A stretch of 64,000 nucleotides of DNA from Candidatus Falkowbacteria bacterium (GCA_016432645.1 CP066698.1:581062-645061); one strand, 5' to 3'. Shown: positions 21,017-31,755, counted from the stretch's first letter. Made by a program: numbers and translations. Notes: generated from the sequence alone by a model not told the origin.

Positions 21017-23578
21017 TTATTTGGCAAAAAACATTTCATCGTCATCATTCGGCGGAAAGGACGGTTTTTTAGACTCCGAAGCTGCGGGCAATTTTTTTTC
21101 TCGAGCGGCGTCTTCTCTTATCTCTTCTAAAATTTCGTCTTCATCATTTATAACATCTTCCTCCTCGTCAGGAGTAAGCGTTAATTCTTCCGCAGCCTCC
21201 TCTTCTATTTCCACCGCGGCCTCCTCACTCGTTTCATCTTCGGCACGGCCAAAATCTAAGACGCCGTCATCTCCCTCCTCATTATCTTCTTCGTCGGCGC
21301 TCTCGTTAGCGCCGCCAAAATAATTTTCTGGAGCCGGAGTAGTAGCGCGATTATGAATCGGGATGCCGCTTAAACCGCCCTGCTCATCATATTCTTCCTG
21401 GGAAAGCAAGACTTCACGTGGCTTAGAACCATTGGACGGCCCGATAATGCGTGCCTCTTCCAGCATATCTAAAATCTTAGCCGCCCGGCCATAACCGATA
21501 GACAAGCGCCGTTGCAGCATTGAAGTAGAAGCTTTGCCCGCACGCACAATAATTTCTTTAGCCTCTTCAAATAATTCATCTTCATCGCCATGATTACCGT
21601 CTAAACCAACGCCGGCCACGCCGCCAACTTTTTGACGGTCAGTAATTCCCTCCAAATATTCAGCAGCTCCGCTCTTATCTTTAATATAATTAACAACATC
21701 ATTAATTTCATTATCACTAAGATATGCTCCTTGAATGCGTTTCGGTTTCGCTAATTCAGCGGTCGAAAATAACATGTCTCCCTGGCCTAATAATTTTTCC
21801 GCGCCGGAAGCGTCCAAAATAGTTTTAGAATCAACTAGGGAGGCAACCGAAAAAGCAATTCTAGTCGGAATGTTAGCCTTGATTAAACCAGTAATAACAT
21901 CAACGCTCGGCCGCTGAGTGGCGAGAATCAAATGGATGCCAATGGCGCGAGACATCTGCGCTAAGCGGATAATTGCCGCTTCCATTTCTTTGCCGGCGGT
22001 CATCATAAAATCAGCCAACTCATCAATAATATAAACAATGTAAGGTAATTTTTCCTTGGCTACCAAATTATAAGCCTGGATATTTTTTTTGCCGGACTTA
22101 TTTAATAAGTCATAGCGCCTATCCATCTCATTTAAGCACCACTTAAGGGAGTTGATAGTTTTAGAAACCTCGGTAATAACTGGGGTTAACAGATGAGGAA
22201 TGCCATTATAGGTCGGGAGCTCCACGCGCTTAGGGTCAACCATAATAAAGCGCAAATCATCAGGATTATTTTGATAAAGCAGACTGACTATGATGGCATT
22301 TAAACAAACTGATTTACCAGAATTAGTCGCGCCAGCGACTAGCAAATGTGGCATTTTAGTTAAATCATACAGCCAAGCAGTGCCGGCCACGTCTTTGCCT
22401 AGAGCAATATACAAATTATTTTTACGCTGTTTGAAGGCTTCGTCTTCTAGAATTTCACGCAAGCCAACAATCGCCTTAGCACGATTAGGAACCTCCACGC
22501 CGACTAAGGATTTTCCGGGAATGGGAGCCTCAATTCTAATCGGATGGGCGGCTAAGGCCAGAGATAAATCGTTGCTTAAAGTTGTGATGCGCGACAACTT
22601 AACGCCTTCCGCTGGTCTAAATGTATACTGAGTAACTGTCGGCCCAACCTTAGTTTCATCCATCTCCACCTCAATGCCGAACTTATTCAAAGTATTATGA
22701 ATTTTTTGTTGGTTCAAATCAGTGTCCCCGCCAATTGCTTTGGAAAATTTATTATTTAAAAGCTCCAGGGGCATATCAATCTTAATGGAATTTTTCGGCC
22801 AAGTAATTTTTTCTTGAACCGGCTTTTGATTTTTATGTTTAACAACTGGTGCTAATTCTTCCTCATCCTCTTCTGCTTCCATTTCAGCGACCACACTGAC
22901 ATCGCGTTTTTGCCAAGCGCTCAAAACTTCTTCCCGTGCTGAAGTAATCAATTCCTCTCGCTCTTCAGCAATATCATTAGCTTCGGATTCCGATTTAGAA
23001 AATAAGGCTTTAAAAAACAAAGCAAAAGGTTTAAAAATTTTAGCTAAAATACTCTCCCGGCCGACAATTCTTTCCAGTGAAGTGTTGAAAACTAGAACCA
23101 AAGAAATAAGAAAAAAAGCAACCAGCACAATCACTCCGCCCCAAAATCCGACAACATACAAAAACAAGCGGCTTAAATAATAACCGACATAACCGCCGCC
23201 TTCTCCCAATTTAACTACCGCCAGCCAATTTTTCTGATCAATAAAAAAATGAAATAGGGTTTGATAAGAAACAAATAGAAGGCCGAGGCCGAGATAATCA
23301 CTAAATTTTAAAGTTTTTTTAGCCCCCCTAATTAGAACAAAAGCCCAATATAAAAATAGGAACGGAACTAACCAGCGTCCATAACCGAAACCCAGGGTCA
23401 GCATTTTAGAAACAAACTGGCCAAAATGGCCGGAAAGATTAAACAGGCCCAAAAAACTGATAATGCCCAAGGCTAAAATTACAACAATAATAATACTGCG
23501 CTTGGCACGGTCGTTGATTTCAAAATCCGGCAAAGCAACATAATCCATTGGATTGCGACTCTTCTTTTTTCTGCCCAT
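21017..23578 (-). CDS. ftsK: DNA translocase FtsK/SpoIIIE
   Basis: 853 aa. N-terminal TM helices, Walker A VAGATNSGKS, and a gamma winged-helix (TSMLQRRLSIGYGRAAKILDMLEE). An unusual acidic tail of about 150 aa follows the gamma domain. Confidence 0.9.
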   Translation of the reverse strand: MGRKKKSRNPMDYVALPDFEINDRAKRSIIIVVILALGIISFLGLFNLSGHFGQFVSKMLTLGFGYGRWLVPFLFLYWAFVLIRGAKKTLKFSDYLGLGLLFVSYQTLFHFFIDQKNWLAVVKLGEGGGYVGYYLSRLFLYVVGFWGGVIVLVAFFLISLVLVFNTSLERIVGRESILAKIFKPFALFFKALFSKSESEANDIAEEREELITSAREEVLSAWQKRDVSVVAEMEAEEDEEELAPVVKHKNQKPVQEKITWPKNSIKIDMPLELLNNKFSKAIGGDTDLNQQKIHNTLNKFGIEVEMDETKVGPTVTQYTFRPAEGVKLSRITTLSNDLSLALAAHPIRIEAPIPGKSLVGVEVPNRAKAIVGLREILEDEAFKQRKNNLYIALGKDVAGTAWLYDLTKMPHLLVAGATNSGKSVCLNAIIVSLLYQNNPDDLRFIMVDPKRVELPTYNGIPHLLTPVITEVSKTINSLKWCLNEMDRRYDLLNKSGKKNIQAYNLVAKEKLPYIVYIIDELADFMMTAGKEMEAAIIRLAQMSRAIGIHLILATQRPSVDVITGLIKANIPTRIAFSVASLVDSKTILDASGAEKLLGQGDMLFSTAELAKPKRIQGAYLSDNEINDVVNYIKDKSGAAEYLEGITDRQKVGGVAGVGLDGNHGDEDELFEEAKEIIVRAGKASTSMLQRRLSIGYGRAAKILDMLEEARIIGPSNGSKPREVLLSQEEYDEQGGLSGIPIHNRATTPAPENYFGGANESADEEDNEEGDDGVLDFGRAEDETSEEAAVEIEEEAAEELTLTPDEEEDVINDEDEILEEIREDAAREKKLPAASESKKPSFPPNDDDEMFFAK

Positions 23579-23672
23579 ATTAGTTAAATCTAATTGCCAG
23601 AGCCAAAAATGACTCAGATATGTGTTTATTATAGCACAAAATGAAAATTAGCTTTAAATCCACTAATTCCAA

Positions 23673-24698
23673 CTAATTAATCTCCATATCGATAAAAACT
23701 GCTTCCGGCACTTGGGCGCGGATTTTCTTTTCTAAATCATCAATTTTCTGGCCGACCAAGCGCGGCACCCGATCCATATAGTCAACGGAAAACTTTAAAA
23801 AATTCTCATAGCTTTCCTTAACTTCTTCATATTCATTTTCTAAAAAATGATGTTTGTTAAATTCTTTCATTAAAGCAGAAGCGTTGAATTCAATGTCACA
23901 TTTAATCAAATATTTATCAACATCTAAAACGGCCGATTTAAAATCCAAAACTTTTTCAATCGCCGGGTCGCTATTTAAGACGGCTAATACCATCTCCTCC
24001 GCTTCTACCGGGATGCACTTAGTAATTAAATAGTTACGGTTTTTTGCGATTAAAATTATGGCCGCGATGCCCAAAGAAGTGCCGATGGCGATAGAACCAA
24101 TGGCATCCCAAAAAATCTGGCCGGTGACTTGGGATAAAATAATGCTGAAGCCGGCTAAGGCAACACCGATAACCGCCAAGCCATCTTCATAAATAACGGC
24201 TAACGTAGTCGGGTCGGCTTTTCTAAAAATAGTTTTCCAGGTGTCTTCAGGAAAATGCCGGCGCACATCTTTAAAAGCTAGCCATAAAGTAAAGGATTCA
24301 ATAATAAAAGCGGCGAGCAGAATATAGAGGTTCCAAACATTAAACTGAATTTCCGGCTTATTGATTAAGGCTTCAACTCCATGATAAATAGTGACTCCGG
24401 CGCCGATAAAGAAAATGCCGCAGGCGGAAATAAGCGCCCAGATAAAACGCTCCCGGCCATAGCCATAGGGAAAAAGATGATTAGGCTGCTTTTTAGTTTT
24501 TTTAACGCCGATAATCAGCAGCGATTGGTTAGCGGTGTCAGCAAAACTATGGACAGCTTCAGAAAACATCGCGCCGGAACCGGTCAGGGCAAAGCCTAAG
24601 AACTTAGCGACACAGACGGTAGCGTTCCCAAAAAAGGCGGCAATTACCGGCAAAAGCCCGGAAATTTTACTATCTTCGGTCGTGGCGGAAGAAATCAT
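23673..24698 (-). CDS. Cation diffusion facilitator family transporter
   Basis: 341 aa. TM core with the CDF signature SGAMFSEAVHSFADTANQ, and a cytoplasmic C-terminal domain. Confidence 0.8.
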   Translation of the reverse strand: MISSATTEDSKISGLLPVIAAFFGNATVCVAKFLGFALTGSGAMFSEAVHSFADTANQSLLIIGVKKTKKQPNHLFPYGYGRERFIWALISACGIFFIGAGVTIYHGVEALINKPEIQFNVWNLYILLAAFIIESFTLWLAFKDVRRHFPEDTWKTIFRKADPTTLAVIYEDGLAVIGVALAGFSIILSQVTGQIFWDAIGSIAIGTSLGIAAIILIAKNRNYLITKCIPVEAEEMVLAVLNSDPAIEKVLDFKSAVLDVDKYLIKCDIEFNASALMKEFNKHHFLENEYEEVKESYENFLKFSVDYMDRVPRLVGQKIDDLEKKIRAQVPEAVFIDMEIN

Positions 24699-24701
24699 AA
24701 T

Positions 24702-25769
24702 TTAAAGATTATTTTTTATAAATTTTAAATAGCCGTTAAAATTATCGGAAATTTTTTGACGGCGCTGTCTAAATTTTGATTGATAGCTTTTTCGCTTTTT
24801 AAAAACTATTTGGGCGCGCTTGCGCAGCTCGCCGCTCTTAAGCTTATTTAAATCAACTACTAATTCCGGATGACCAATAAATTCCGCAAATCCGTAATTG
24901 CGGATATCATAAGCCACGCTAATTTCCGGAGTTAGAGCACCAAAAGACATCACGCCGACATGAAGCATCATGCCGATTATTAAATCCAGCTTCCCGTAAA
25001 TATATTTTTGCTCGCCTGGTTTTAAATCAACAATTTTTAAATTTTTTATTTTCAGCTCCGGATAAATATTTTCTTCCCCGGGATGATGTTTCAAATAATA
25101 AATCTCCGCACTAAGCTCTTGCTGAAAATATTCCGCCGTTTCCCGGTAAGCGCGCAAAATATCTTCCCGCCATTTACCAAAACCCAGCCAGCCGGAATAA
25201 TTAAGATTGAGACCGATTTTAAGCTTACGGTTTGGCAACTCCATTTTTTTCATGACCGCCGCAGCCGGTTTATTTTCCGACAATAAGACAGCCGGATCGC
25301 CGATAATTTTAATGGCGGCCGGTTTTATGCCGCCGGCAGTTAAAAACCGCTTGGTATTTAAATCGCGCACGCCCACGCCAGCGGCTTTGCTGGCTAAAGC
25401 AATAACACTTGCCGTCTTATCTGACGACCACAATGGAGCATCAACTTCCTTGATATAACCGAGACCGAACAAAAAAATCGGCTTCTTAATCGCAGCAGTC
25501 ATTTCCTGACTAAAAGGCAAAAAATAAGAATAAAAGATTCCGCCGCCGCCAATCACAATAAAATCAGCCTGATTTAATTTGGCCACTTGCGCCTGATTAT
25601 AATTTTTTAAGACTTCCACTGGGAAATTATTAATCACCGCTCCGGGAAATTTTTTAAGCAGCAATTCCTGCACTGCTAAAACGATGGCATAATCGCCTTT
25701 ATTGTTTTTATCCCAAACATGAATATGGGCAATGCGATAACGCTTTGTTTTTGCCGCTACTTTTTTCAT
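24702..25769 (-). CDS. Polysaccharide pyruvyl transferase family protein
   Basis: 355 aa. N-terminal HVWDKNNKGDYAIVLAVQELL (the NxGD motif of PS_pyruv_trans) and GGGGIFYSY further in. Confidence 0.65.
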   Translation of the reverse strand: MKKVAAKTKRYRIAHIHVWDKNNKGDYAIVLAVQELLLKKFPGAVINNFPVEVLKNYNQAQVAKLNQADFIVIGGGGIFYSYFLPFSQEMTAAIKKPIFLFGLGYIKEVDAPLWSSDKTASVIALASKAAGVGVRDLNTKRFLTAGGIKPAAIKIIGDPAVLLSENKPAAAVMKKMELPNRKLKIGLNLNYSGWLGFGKWREDILRAYRETAEYFQQELSAEIYYLKHHPGEENIYPELKIKNLKIVDLKPGEQKYIYGKLDLIIGMMLHVGVMSFGALTPEISVAYDIRNYGFAEFIGHPELVVDLNKLKSGELRKRAQIVFKKRKSYQSKFRQRRQKISDNFNGYLKFIKNNL

Positions 25770-26795
25770 CTAAGCAATGTTTAAATTAATTTTTACCTGG
25801 TTGAACAAAAGCTCCGCTTTATCGGGATCGCTGTCATGCTTCAAAAATAAAAAGGCGGAAGTTCTAATGGCTGTCCAGTTATAATACAGTTCAATTCTTC
25901 TTTCCAAATCAGCATCCAATTTTAAACCGGCTGCGTCCAAATAGGCGGTTAAAAATATATCTTTCAATTCAGCCGCGATTTGCCGGTCGCCATTTTTAAC
26001 AATCACTTTATATTCTAACTGCTGTAAAAATGTGCCTAAATCACGGGCAAAATCTCCTAAACAAAAATCGGTAAAATCAATCAAGCCAATCCGATTTTCC
26101 CCGGTTTTAATTAAATTCTCCGTATGGGCATCACCATGAATCAAACTAAGATTAAGTTCACGCGCCAGAAAGCTTTCCTCCTGAGAGATAAAATACTCAT
26201 ACATTTTTTTCAACGGTTTATCGAATTTGCCGTCATACCGCGCCGACATTTCTTTTAAAATAGTATCTGCGCCCGGAATAACGGTTTTAATGCGGGAGTT
26301 CATTGGGTTAAAATTAGCAGCGGTCCCGGCCGGCAATTGATGCAACTTGGCAAACAAACTGGCGGCTAACCGCAATAGTTTTTTCACCTCCTCGTAATCT
26401 TTATTTTTTATGTAATGCAGCAAATTTTCACCGTGCAAGCCGCGATAAAAAGTGCCGCGGAAATATTCCGAATAAAAAAGCGGATGCGGGATATCAATAT
26501 CCCCCTGATTTAATTTATGCTCCCAAAGATAGTGCATCGCTTCAAAAACATTTTCCCGCGGTTCGTCGCTATGAGCCGAACAAACAACTAAAATCTTGGT
26601 AGAATCTTGATTGCCTCCCGACAAATAGACATGGTAACCGACGACGACATGATAGGTGGTCGCCCAAATTAATTTTTTATAGGGGATGATTTTAATTTTT
26701 TCTATTTTAGAAAAAGCTGGATAAAGCGGTAACAGCTTGCGGCGGAACATCGCGAGCACGTATTCTTCATCAAATAACTGTAAAATTTTATTCAT
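25770..26795 (-). CDS. Aminoglycoside-phosphotransferase-fold (APH/ChoK-like) kinase; possible sugar or maltokinase-like role
   Basis: 341 aa. Catalytic loop LIHGDAHTENL and metal-binding IGLIDFTDFCLGDFARDL. The context is glycogen genes. Confidence 0.6.
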   Translation of the reverse strand: MNKILQLFDEEYVLAMFRRKLLPLYPAFSKIEKIKIIPYKKLIWATTYHVVVGYHVYLSGGNQDSTKILVVCSAHSDEPRENVFEAMHYLWEHKLNQGDIDIPHPLFYSEYFRGTFYRGLHGENLLHYIKNKDYEEVKKLLRLAASLFAKLHQLPAGTAANFNPMNSRIKTVIPGADTILKEMSARYDGKFDKPLKKMYEYFISQEESFLARELNLSLIHGDAHTENLIKTGENRIGLIDFTDFCLGDFARDLGTFLQQLEYKVIVKNGDRQIAAELKDIFLTAYLDAAGLKLDADLERRIELYYNWTAIRTSAFLFLKHDSDPDKAELLFNQVKINLNIA

Positions 26796-26812
26796 ATAGT
26801 TTAACGGTTGAA

Positions 26813-27994
26813 TTAATCAATATTTTTCCAATGATTCCGCCAATGTTCTTCCCAAATCAGCTTCTTGGCCTTTAAATAATATTTTTCGGCTTCTAACTTG
26901 GCTTTTTTAGTCTGGCGATTATTTAACGAACGCACTGAGCGGATTAAATCTTCCAGGCCTTTTTCAATGCCGTCCGGGTTCCAGGCATAGGGGCCGAAAA
27001 TTTTGGAAAAATCGCGCGCGCTCGCCCACCAAAAAGTACAGCTGGCAATTCCCCTCACTAGATGCCAATAATACCAGGCGTGATTTTTATCATTTTTATA
27101 CTTATCATGCAGGGACAAAGCCAGAGCCGTTAATTTCCAAAGATTATTATGAATTTTATTTTTCTTATCCTGCCAAAGCTTAAAGGGCTCGTTCTTTCCC
27201 AATTCTTTTTTATTAGACTCCCACGAACAAGCAACAATTTTTATTTTTTGCGGCTTGAGTTTTGTTAAAGATTTTAAAAACGAAGAAATAGTTTCAGTGG
27301 CTAATTTTTTATGGCCGGCTAGCTTCTCCATTTCCGCCGTCGGGTCTTCATGCCTTAAACCGTAAAGTTCGGCGTCAGTCGCGGTAATTATGGTTTCATT
27401 AATCGCGGTCTTCACTTTCAATTTAGCCATTAATTTATCTGGCGGATAGGCGCTGGAAGAGCTGCGGCTGCGGAAAATAACTTTTAATCCCGAATTAGCG
27501 TCAATATAATTGCCTAAATCATCGGGCCGATGATGGCCGCCGTCATAAGCAATCTCGTCCAAAATCAACCACTTATAACCCAGTTTTTTTACAATCAAAG
27601 CCACTGCCGGCGTATAAGCCATTTCTGGCAAGAAAAATCCTTGAGGTTTAAAATTTTTACCGAAATATTTTTTTAAAATTTTTTCATTAGCTTTTATCTG
27701 GCGAATCACTTCCGCTTCCGGCAATAATGGCAAAAATCCATGATAAGCCGCCGAGCCAACGAGCTCCACCCGTTCAGCTTTGACCAAGCGCGCCAAACGT
27801 TCCAAAAAATCTTTTTTATTTTCATCTTCCAGCCGCGCCAAAAGACAGCCAGAAACGTTCCAGGTCATCCGTAAACTAGGATGTTCTTCCATCAGGCGCA
27901 ACAAACGATAATAACTTTTATCAAGCGCTTTTATAACACTATAAGATTCAATATTGGCCGGCTGATAAAAATGCAGAAAATTTATCCATTTCAT
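26813..27994 (-). CDS. Glycoside hydrolase family 57 protein
   Basis: 393 aa. FLHFYQP (the GH57 HxP start), VELVGSAAYHGFLPLL, GFFLPEMAY (nucleophile Glu region), ATDAELYG. Confidence 0.7.
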   Translation of the reverse strand: MKWINFLHFYQPANIESYSVIKALDKSYYRLLRLMEEHPSLRMTWNVSGCLLARLEDENKKDFLERLARLVKAERVELVGSAAYHGFLPLLPEAEVIRQIKANEKILKKYFGKNFKPQGFFLPEMAYTPAVALIVKKLGYKWLILDEIAYDGGHHRPDDLGNYIDANSGLKVIFRSRSSSSAYPPDKLMAKLKVKTAINETIITATDAELYGLRHEDPTAEMEKLAGHKKLATETISSFLKSLTKLKPQKIKIVACSWESNKKELGKNEPFKLWQDKKNKIHNNLWKLTALALSLHDKYKNDKNHAWYYWHLVRGIASCTFWWASARDFSKIFGPYAWNPDGIEKGLEDLIRSVRSLNNRQTKKAKLEAEKYYLKAKKLIWEEHWRNHWKNID

Positions 27995-27998
27995 AAAA

Positions 27999-29459
27999 TT
28001 ATTTTTTTAAGACTTTGCGATAAAGTTCAACATATTTCTTGGCCGGGATTTCCCAGCTATTTGATTGTTTCATGGCTCGCTTTACTAAACTCTTCCAAAC
28101 AGTTTTATGCTTATAATTTTCTAAGGCCCTGATAATCGCCGCGTAAAATAAATTAGCATCCTCGGTTTTAAAGGTGAAACCGGTTCCCTGCTTGAGTGTC
28201 GGATTAAAATTATCGACCGTATCATACAAGCCGCCGATTTCCCGGACTACCGGGATGCAGCCATAACGCATCGCAATTAATTGATTAATGCCGCAGGGTT
28301 CATGATTGGAAGGCAATAAAAATAAATCACTGGCCGCATAAAATAAAGTTTCCAATTTTTGATCAAAAGGCAGCCAAATAATACGCTCCGGAAATTTACG
28401 CTGCAATTTTTTAATCGGCTTGATATATTCTTTGCTGCCGTCGCCCATAAAAATTAATTGGGCATCAGTTTTTAGCAGCAATTCAATAATCTTTAAGATT
28501 AAATTAAAGCCTTTTTGAAAAGTCACTCGCGAAGTAGTACAGAGTATCGGCACTTGCGCCTTTACCGGCAAACCAATTTTCTTCTGCAAATAAGTTTTAT
28601 TAACGGCTTTACGAGCAACAGTCGCCGCCGAATAAACCTCATGCAATGTTTTGTCCTTTTCCGGATTATAAGTATTATAGTCAATCCCATTGATAATGCC
28701 GAATAATTTGCCGGAACGATTTTTTAAAATGCGATTTAAATCCTGGCCGAATTTTTTCGTCATGATTTCTTGGCGATATTGCTCGCTAACCGTGTTGATA
28801 ATATCGGCTGACATAATCGCCCGCTTGGCAAAGTTAATATATTCCAATTTTGGATCTTCTAAATGAGGCAGGCGGCCACGGCCATAATCTTTATTTTCCG
28901 GGGCGACCTCCCACCAATTATGGCCGAATTGGAAAATTAAATTATGAATTGTAAAAACAGTTTTCGCTTTCTTTAAAGTTTTAGAATAACGAAAATCGGT
29001 TTTTAAATAATAAGGAATCAGCCCGGTTTGCCAGTCATGGCAATGAATAATATCCGCTGGAAATTTTAAAAGCGACAATAATTTTAAGGAAGCAACGTTA
29101 AATACTAAAAACCGGGCATTTTCTCGAGTAGAGCCGTAAAGTTTCTTATGTTTGGAAAAAAACTTTTTACATTCCACAAAATAAACAGGCAAATCTTCCA
29201 TTAAATAGCTCTGCCAATAATTAACTTTAATGCTTTCCTGGCTGTTAAGGCGCAAGCTAACATCGCTAAATATTAATTTTAAGCCCTTTTCCTTCTTATC
29301 AATTAAGCGCCCGTAAAGCGGGGTAATAATTATTACTTCGTGTCCGAGGCGTTTTAAAGCTTTAGGCAAACTGCGAGCCACGTCGCCCAAGCCGCCAGTT
29401 TTAGAAAAAGGAGCGACTTCAGAGGCAATATGAACAATTTTTAATTTTTTTTCTTTCAT
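27999..29459 (-). CDS. glgA: Glycogen/starch synthase (GT5)
   Basis: MKEKKLKIVHIASEVAPFSKTGGLGDVARSLPKAL is the GlgA KTGGL motif. I chose the ATG at 29459, which forms an ATGA overlap with the ruvC stop. The track start at 29480 is also possible. Confidence 0.9.
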   Translation of the reverse strand: MKEKKLKIVHIASEVAPFSKTGGLGDVARSLPKALKRLGHEVIIITPLYGRLIDKKEKGLKLIFSDVSLRLNSQESIKVNYWQSYLMEDLPVYFVECKKFFSKHKKLYGSTRENARFLVFNVASLKLLSLLKFPADIIHCHDWQTGLIPYYLKTDFRYSKTLKKAKTVFTIHNLIFQFGHNWWEVAPENKDYGRGRLPHLEDPKLEYINFAKRAIMSADIINTVSEQYRQEIMTKKFGQDLNRILKNRSGKLFGIINGIDYNTYNPEKDKTLHEVYSAATVARKAVNKTYLQKKIGLPVKAQVPILCTTSRVTFQKGFNLILKIIELLLKTDAQLIFMGDGSKEYIKPIKKLQRKFPERIIWLPFDQKLETLFYAASDLFLLPSNHEPCGINQLIAMRYGCIPVVREIGGLYDTVDNFNPTLKQGTGFTFKTEDANLFYAAIIRALENYKHKTVWKSLVKRAMKQSNSWEIPAKKYVELYRKVLKK

Positions 29460-29932
29460 AACCTTGAATTTAAAGCGCATATCGCCGCCGCCAGCGCATC
29501 CGCCGCATCGTCGGGATAAGGAAGCTCCTCTAAATTTAAAATTAACTTAACCATTTTTTGAATTTGTTTTTTATCAGCTTTACCATAAGCCGAAACCGCT
29601 TGTTTAATCTGAGAAGGCGTGAATTCTTTTATCGGCAGCTGATTTTGTTTCAGTGTGAGAAGGGCAACTCCGCGAGCTTGGCCGACAATCAGAGCCGTCC
29701 GGACGTTTTTATTAAAAAATAGTTGTTCAACTGAAGCAATCTGAGGGCGGTATTTTTTAATAATCTTATGAAGTTCTTGATGAAGGATTGCTAGGCGGGT
29801 AATTAGATCGTCTTGCGGTGAGGTTTTAATACTACCATAAGCCAGGCAGAATAGTTTTCCCTTCTCCTCTTTGACCACCCCGTATCCGGTATCGGCGATG
29901 CCCGGATCAATCCCGAGAATGATTTTGCTCAT
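29456..29932 (-). CDS. ruvC: Crossover junction endodeoxyribonuclease RuvC
   Basis: 158 aa. ILGIDPGIADTGYGVV ... ASVEQLFF ... DAADALAAAIC are the RuvC catalytic acidic residues. Confidence 0.9.
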   Translation of the reverse strand: MSKIILGIDPGIADTGYGVVKEEKGKLFCLAYGSIKTSPQDDLITRLAILHQELHKIIKKYRPQIASVEQLFFNKNVRTALIVGQARGVALLTLKQNQLPIKEFTPSQIKQAVSAYGKADKKQIQKMVKLILNLEELPYPDDAADALAAAICALNSRL

Positions 29933-29939
29933 TTAGATA

Positions 29940-30659
29940 CTAGATAAGATTAGTATAATAGTCGCTGACGTCTTCATTATCTTCCAACTCTTCAAAAAAC
30001 TTTTCCAATTTTTCCTGATTATCAGTCGGCATGGCAATTTTTTCTTTAGCCACATATTCAATATCAGAACTTTCGGCCTTCAACCCTTTAGCTTCTAAAA
30101 AATCCTTTATTTTTTGCAGGTCTTTAATCTCGGTATACACGGTTATGCCTTCGGTTTCTTTTTGAAAATCTTGAACATCCTGGTCAATCAATTCTAGTTC
30201 CAAATCTTCGTAGCTTAGATGCTTGGCTTTAATTTCTTCGCCGGCAACTCTGATTACGCCCAACTGGGAAAAATTCCAAGCTACAGCTCCAAAAGCGCCG
30301 CCATTTTTAGTAAATAGATGGCGGACGGTGGCGCCGCTGCGATTTTTGTTGTCGGTTAAGCACTTAACAATCACTTGGATGCCGGTTGGCACCATACCTT
30401 CATAAAATAATTCTTCAACCTGCTCGCCGCCCAGTTCGCCAGTTCCTTTTTTAATGGCACGTTCAATATTATCTTTAGGCATATTGGAACCGCGCGCCTT
30501 ATCAATCGCCGCTCTTAAGGAAGGGTTGGCGCTGGGATCGCCACCGCTTCTAGCCGCAATCGTAATTACATTGGCTAACTTGGTAAAAATAGCGCCGCGC
30601 TTGGCATCCACCAGCTCTTTTTGACGATGGGTGGTTGCCCACTTGGAATGTCCGGACAT
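29940..30659 (-). CDS. yebC: YebC/PmpR family DNA-binding regulator
   Basis: 239 aa. MSGHSKWATTHRQKELVDAKRGAIFTKL is the family signature. It precedes ruvC, as in many bacteria. Confidence 0.9.
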   Translation of the reverse strand: MSGHSKWATTHRQKELVDAKRGAIFTKLANVITIAARSGGDPSANPSLRAAIDKARGSNMPKDNIERAIKKGTGELGGEQVEELFYEGMVPTGIQVIVKCLTDNKNRSGATVRHLFTKNGGAFGAVAWNFSQLGVIRVAGEEIKAKHLSYEDLELELIDQDVQDFQKETEGITVYTEIKDLQKIKDFLEAKGLKAESSDIEYVAKEKIAMPTDNQEKLEKFFEELEDNEDVSDYYTNLI

Positions 30660-30785
30660 ATGGTAATAATTTTATAATTTAAAACACTGAAAAATATTCT
30701 CCTCCAGCCTACCGCCAGCTTAACGCAAATTGAAATAAAAATCAAGATGAATTATAATAAAAATATAATAAAATAAAGCAAAAAT

Positions 30786-31703
30786 ATGAAAATAACACAG
30801 TTGCCGAATCTTGATGAAAGCGTACTGAAGGCGCTTGATTTCTTTAAAAATAACCCGCCCGCCATTCTTAGGCTAAAAAAAGCAAACTTGCCATTTGTTG
30901 TCGGCAGCGGCAATGCCTATAACACCGGCAAAATCCTCTTTAAGGGCCAGGCAGCTATTTTTGCCAGTGAGAGCGATTTTCAAGAAAAACTTCAAGCTTA
31001 TTCAGGGTTAATAAAATCCGGGGTTATTAAAGAGGCCTTGATTATTTCCGCTTCCGGTGAAAAAGATGCCACCTGGGAAATCGCCGCCGCTAAAAAGAAG
31101 GGATTGAAAACGATTTTAATGACCTGTAGTCCTGATTCCAGCGGTGCCAAAATTGCCGACCAAGTAATGGCTTATCGTAAAATCCCTGAACCGCAAACTT
31201 ATAACATTTCCACCTACTTGGGCATGATTATGTCACAAAGTGGCGAAAAAGCCGTTAACATAAAAGCGGCCATTAAAAAATTACACCTGCCTAAAAATTA
31301 CACTGCCTATAACGCCTATACTTTTGTTTTACCTGATGAATTTGCAGAAATTACACCGATGTTAGAAATTAAAAGACATGAACTCTTCGGCCCGCATCTG
31401 TCTTTGCGTGCTTTTAGTGCCGGTGAAGCGCGCCACGCCAAATTCGTGATGCCCTGGGAAAAAGAATTAGTTATTAGCTTGGGAGAAAATAAATATTTCG
31501 GCTTGCCAGAACACCGCTGGCAAATTAAAATGCCAAAAAATTATGGACCAGGTTTAGTCATGGCCTTAACTTATTATTTAATCGGCCGGATTCAGAAAGC
31601 CAAAACGCCATATTATCAAAAAAATATTGCCAAATACTGCGTTGAGGGGCCGAAGGCTTACGGCAAGAAAGAACCCTTTGACGTAATTGTTCCGGGAAAT
31701 TAA
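30786..31703 (+). CDS. SIS-domain protein, possibly a bifunctional phosphoglucose/phosphomannose isomerase type
   Basis: 305 aa. VVGSGNAYNTG ... LIISASGEKDATWEIAAAKKKGLKTILMT resembles the SIS S-x-S-G-x-T-x-E segment. The assignment is tentative. Confidence 0.4.
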   Translation: MKITQLPNLDESVLKALDFFKNNPPAILRLKKANLPFVVGSGNAYNTGKILFKGQAAIFASESDFQEKLQAYSGLIKSGVIKEALIISASGEKDATWEIAAAKKKGLKTILMTCSPDSSGAKIADQVMAYRKIPEPQTYNISTYLGMIMSQSGEKAVNIKAAIKKLHLPKNYTAYNAYTFVLPDEFAEITPMLEIKRHELFGPHLSLRAFSAGEARHAKFVMPWEKELVISLGENKYFGLPEHRWQIKMPKNYGPGLVMALTYYLIGRIQKAKTPYYQKNIAKYCVEGPKAYGKKEPFDVIVPGN

Positions 31704-31723
31704 AAATTGACTTTTGTTAAACT

Positions 31724-31755
31724 AAAAAAGCCTCGCAATTTTCGCGGGGCTTTTT
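31724..31755. terminator. Bidirectional intrinsic terminator
   Basis: AAAAAGCCTCGC-aattttc-GCGGGGCTTTTT: an 8-bp stem with one G-U pair, flanked by A- and T-runs, between convergent genes. Confidence 0.7.
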
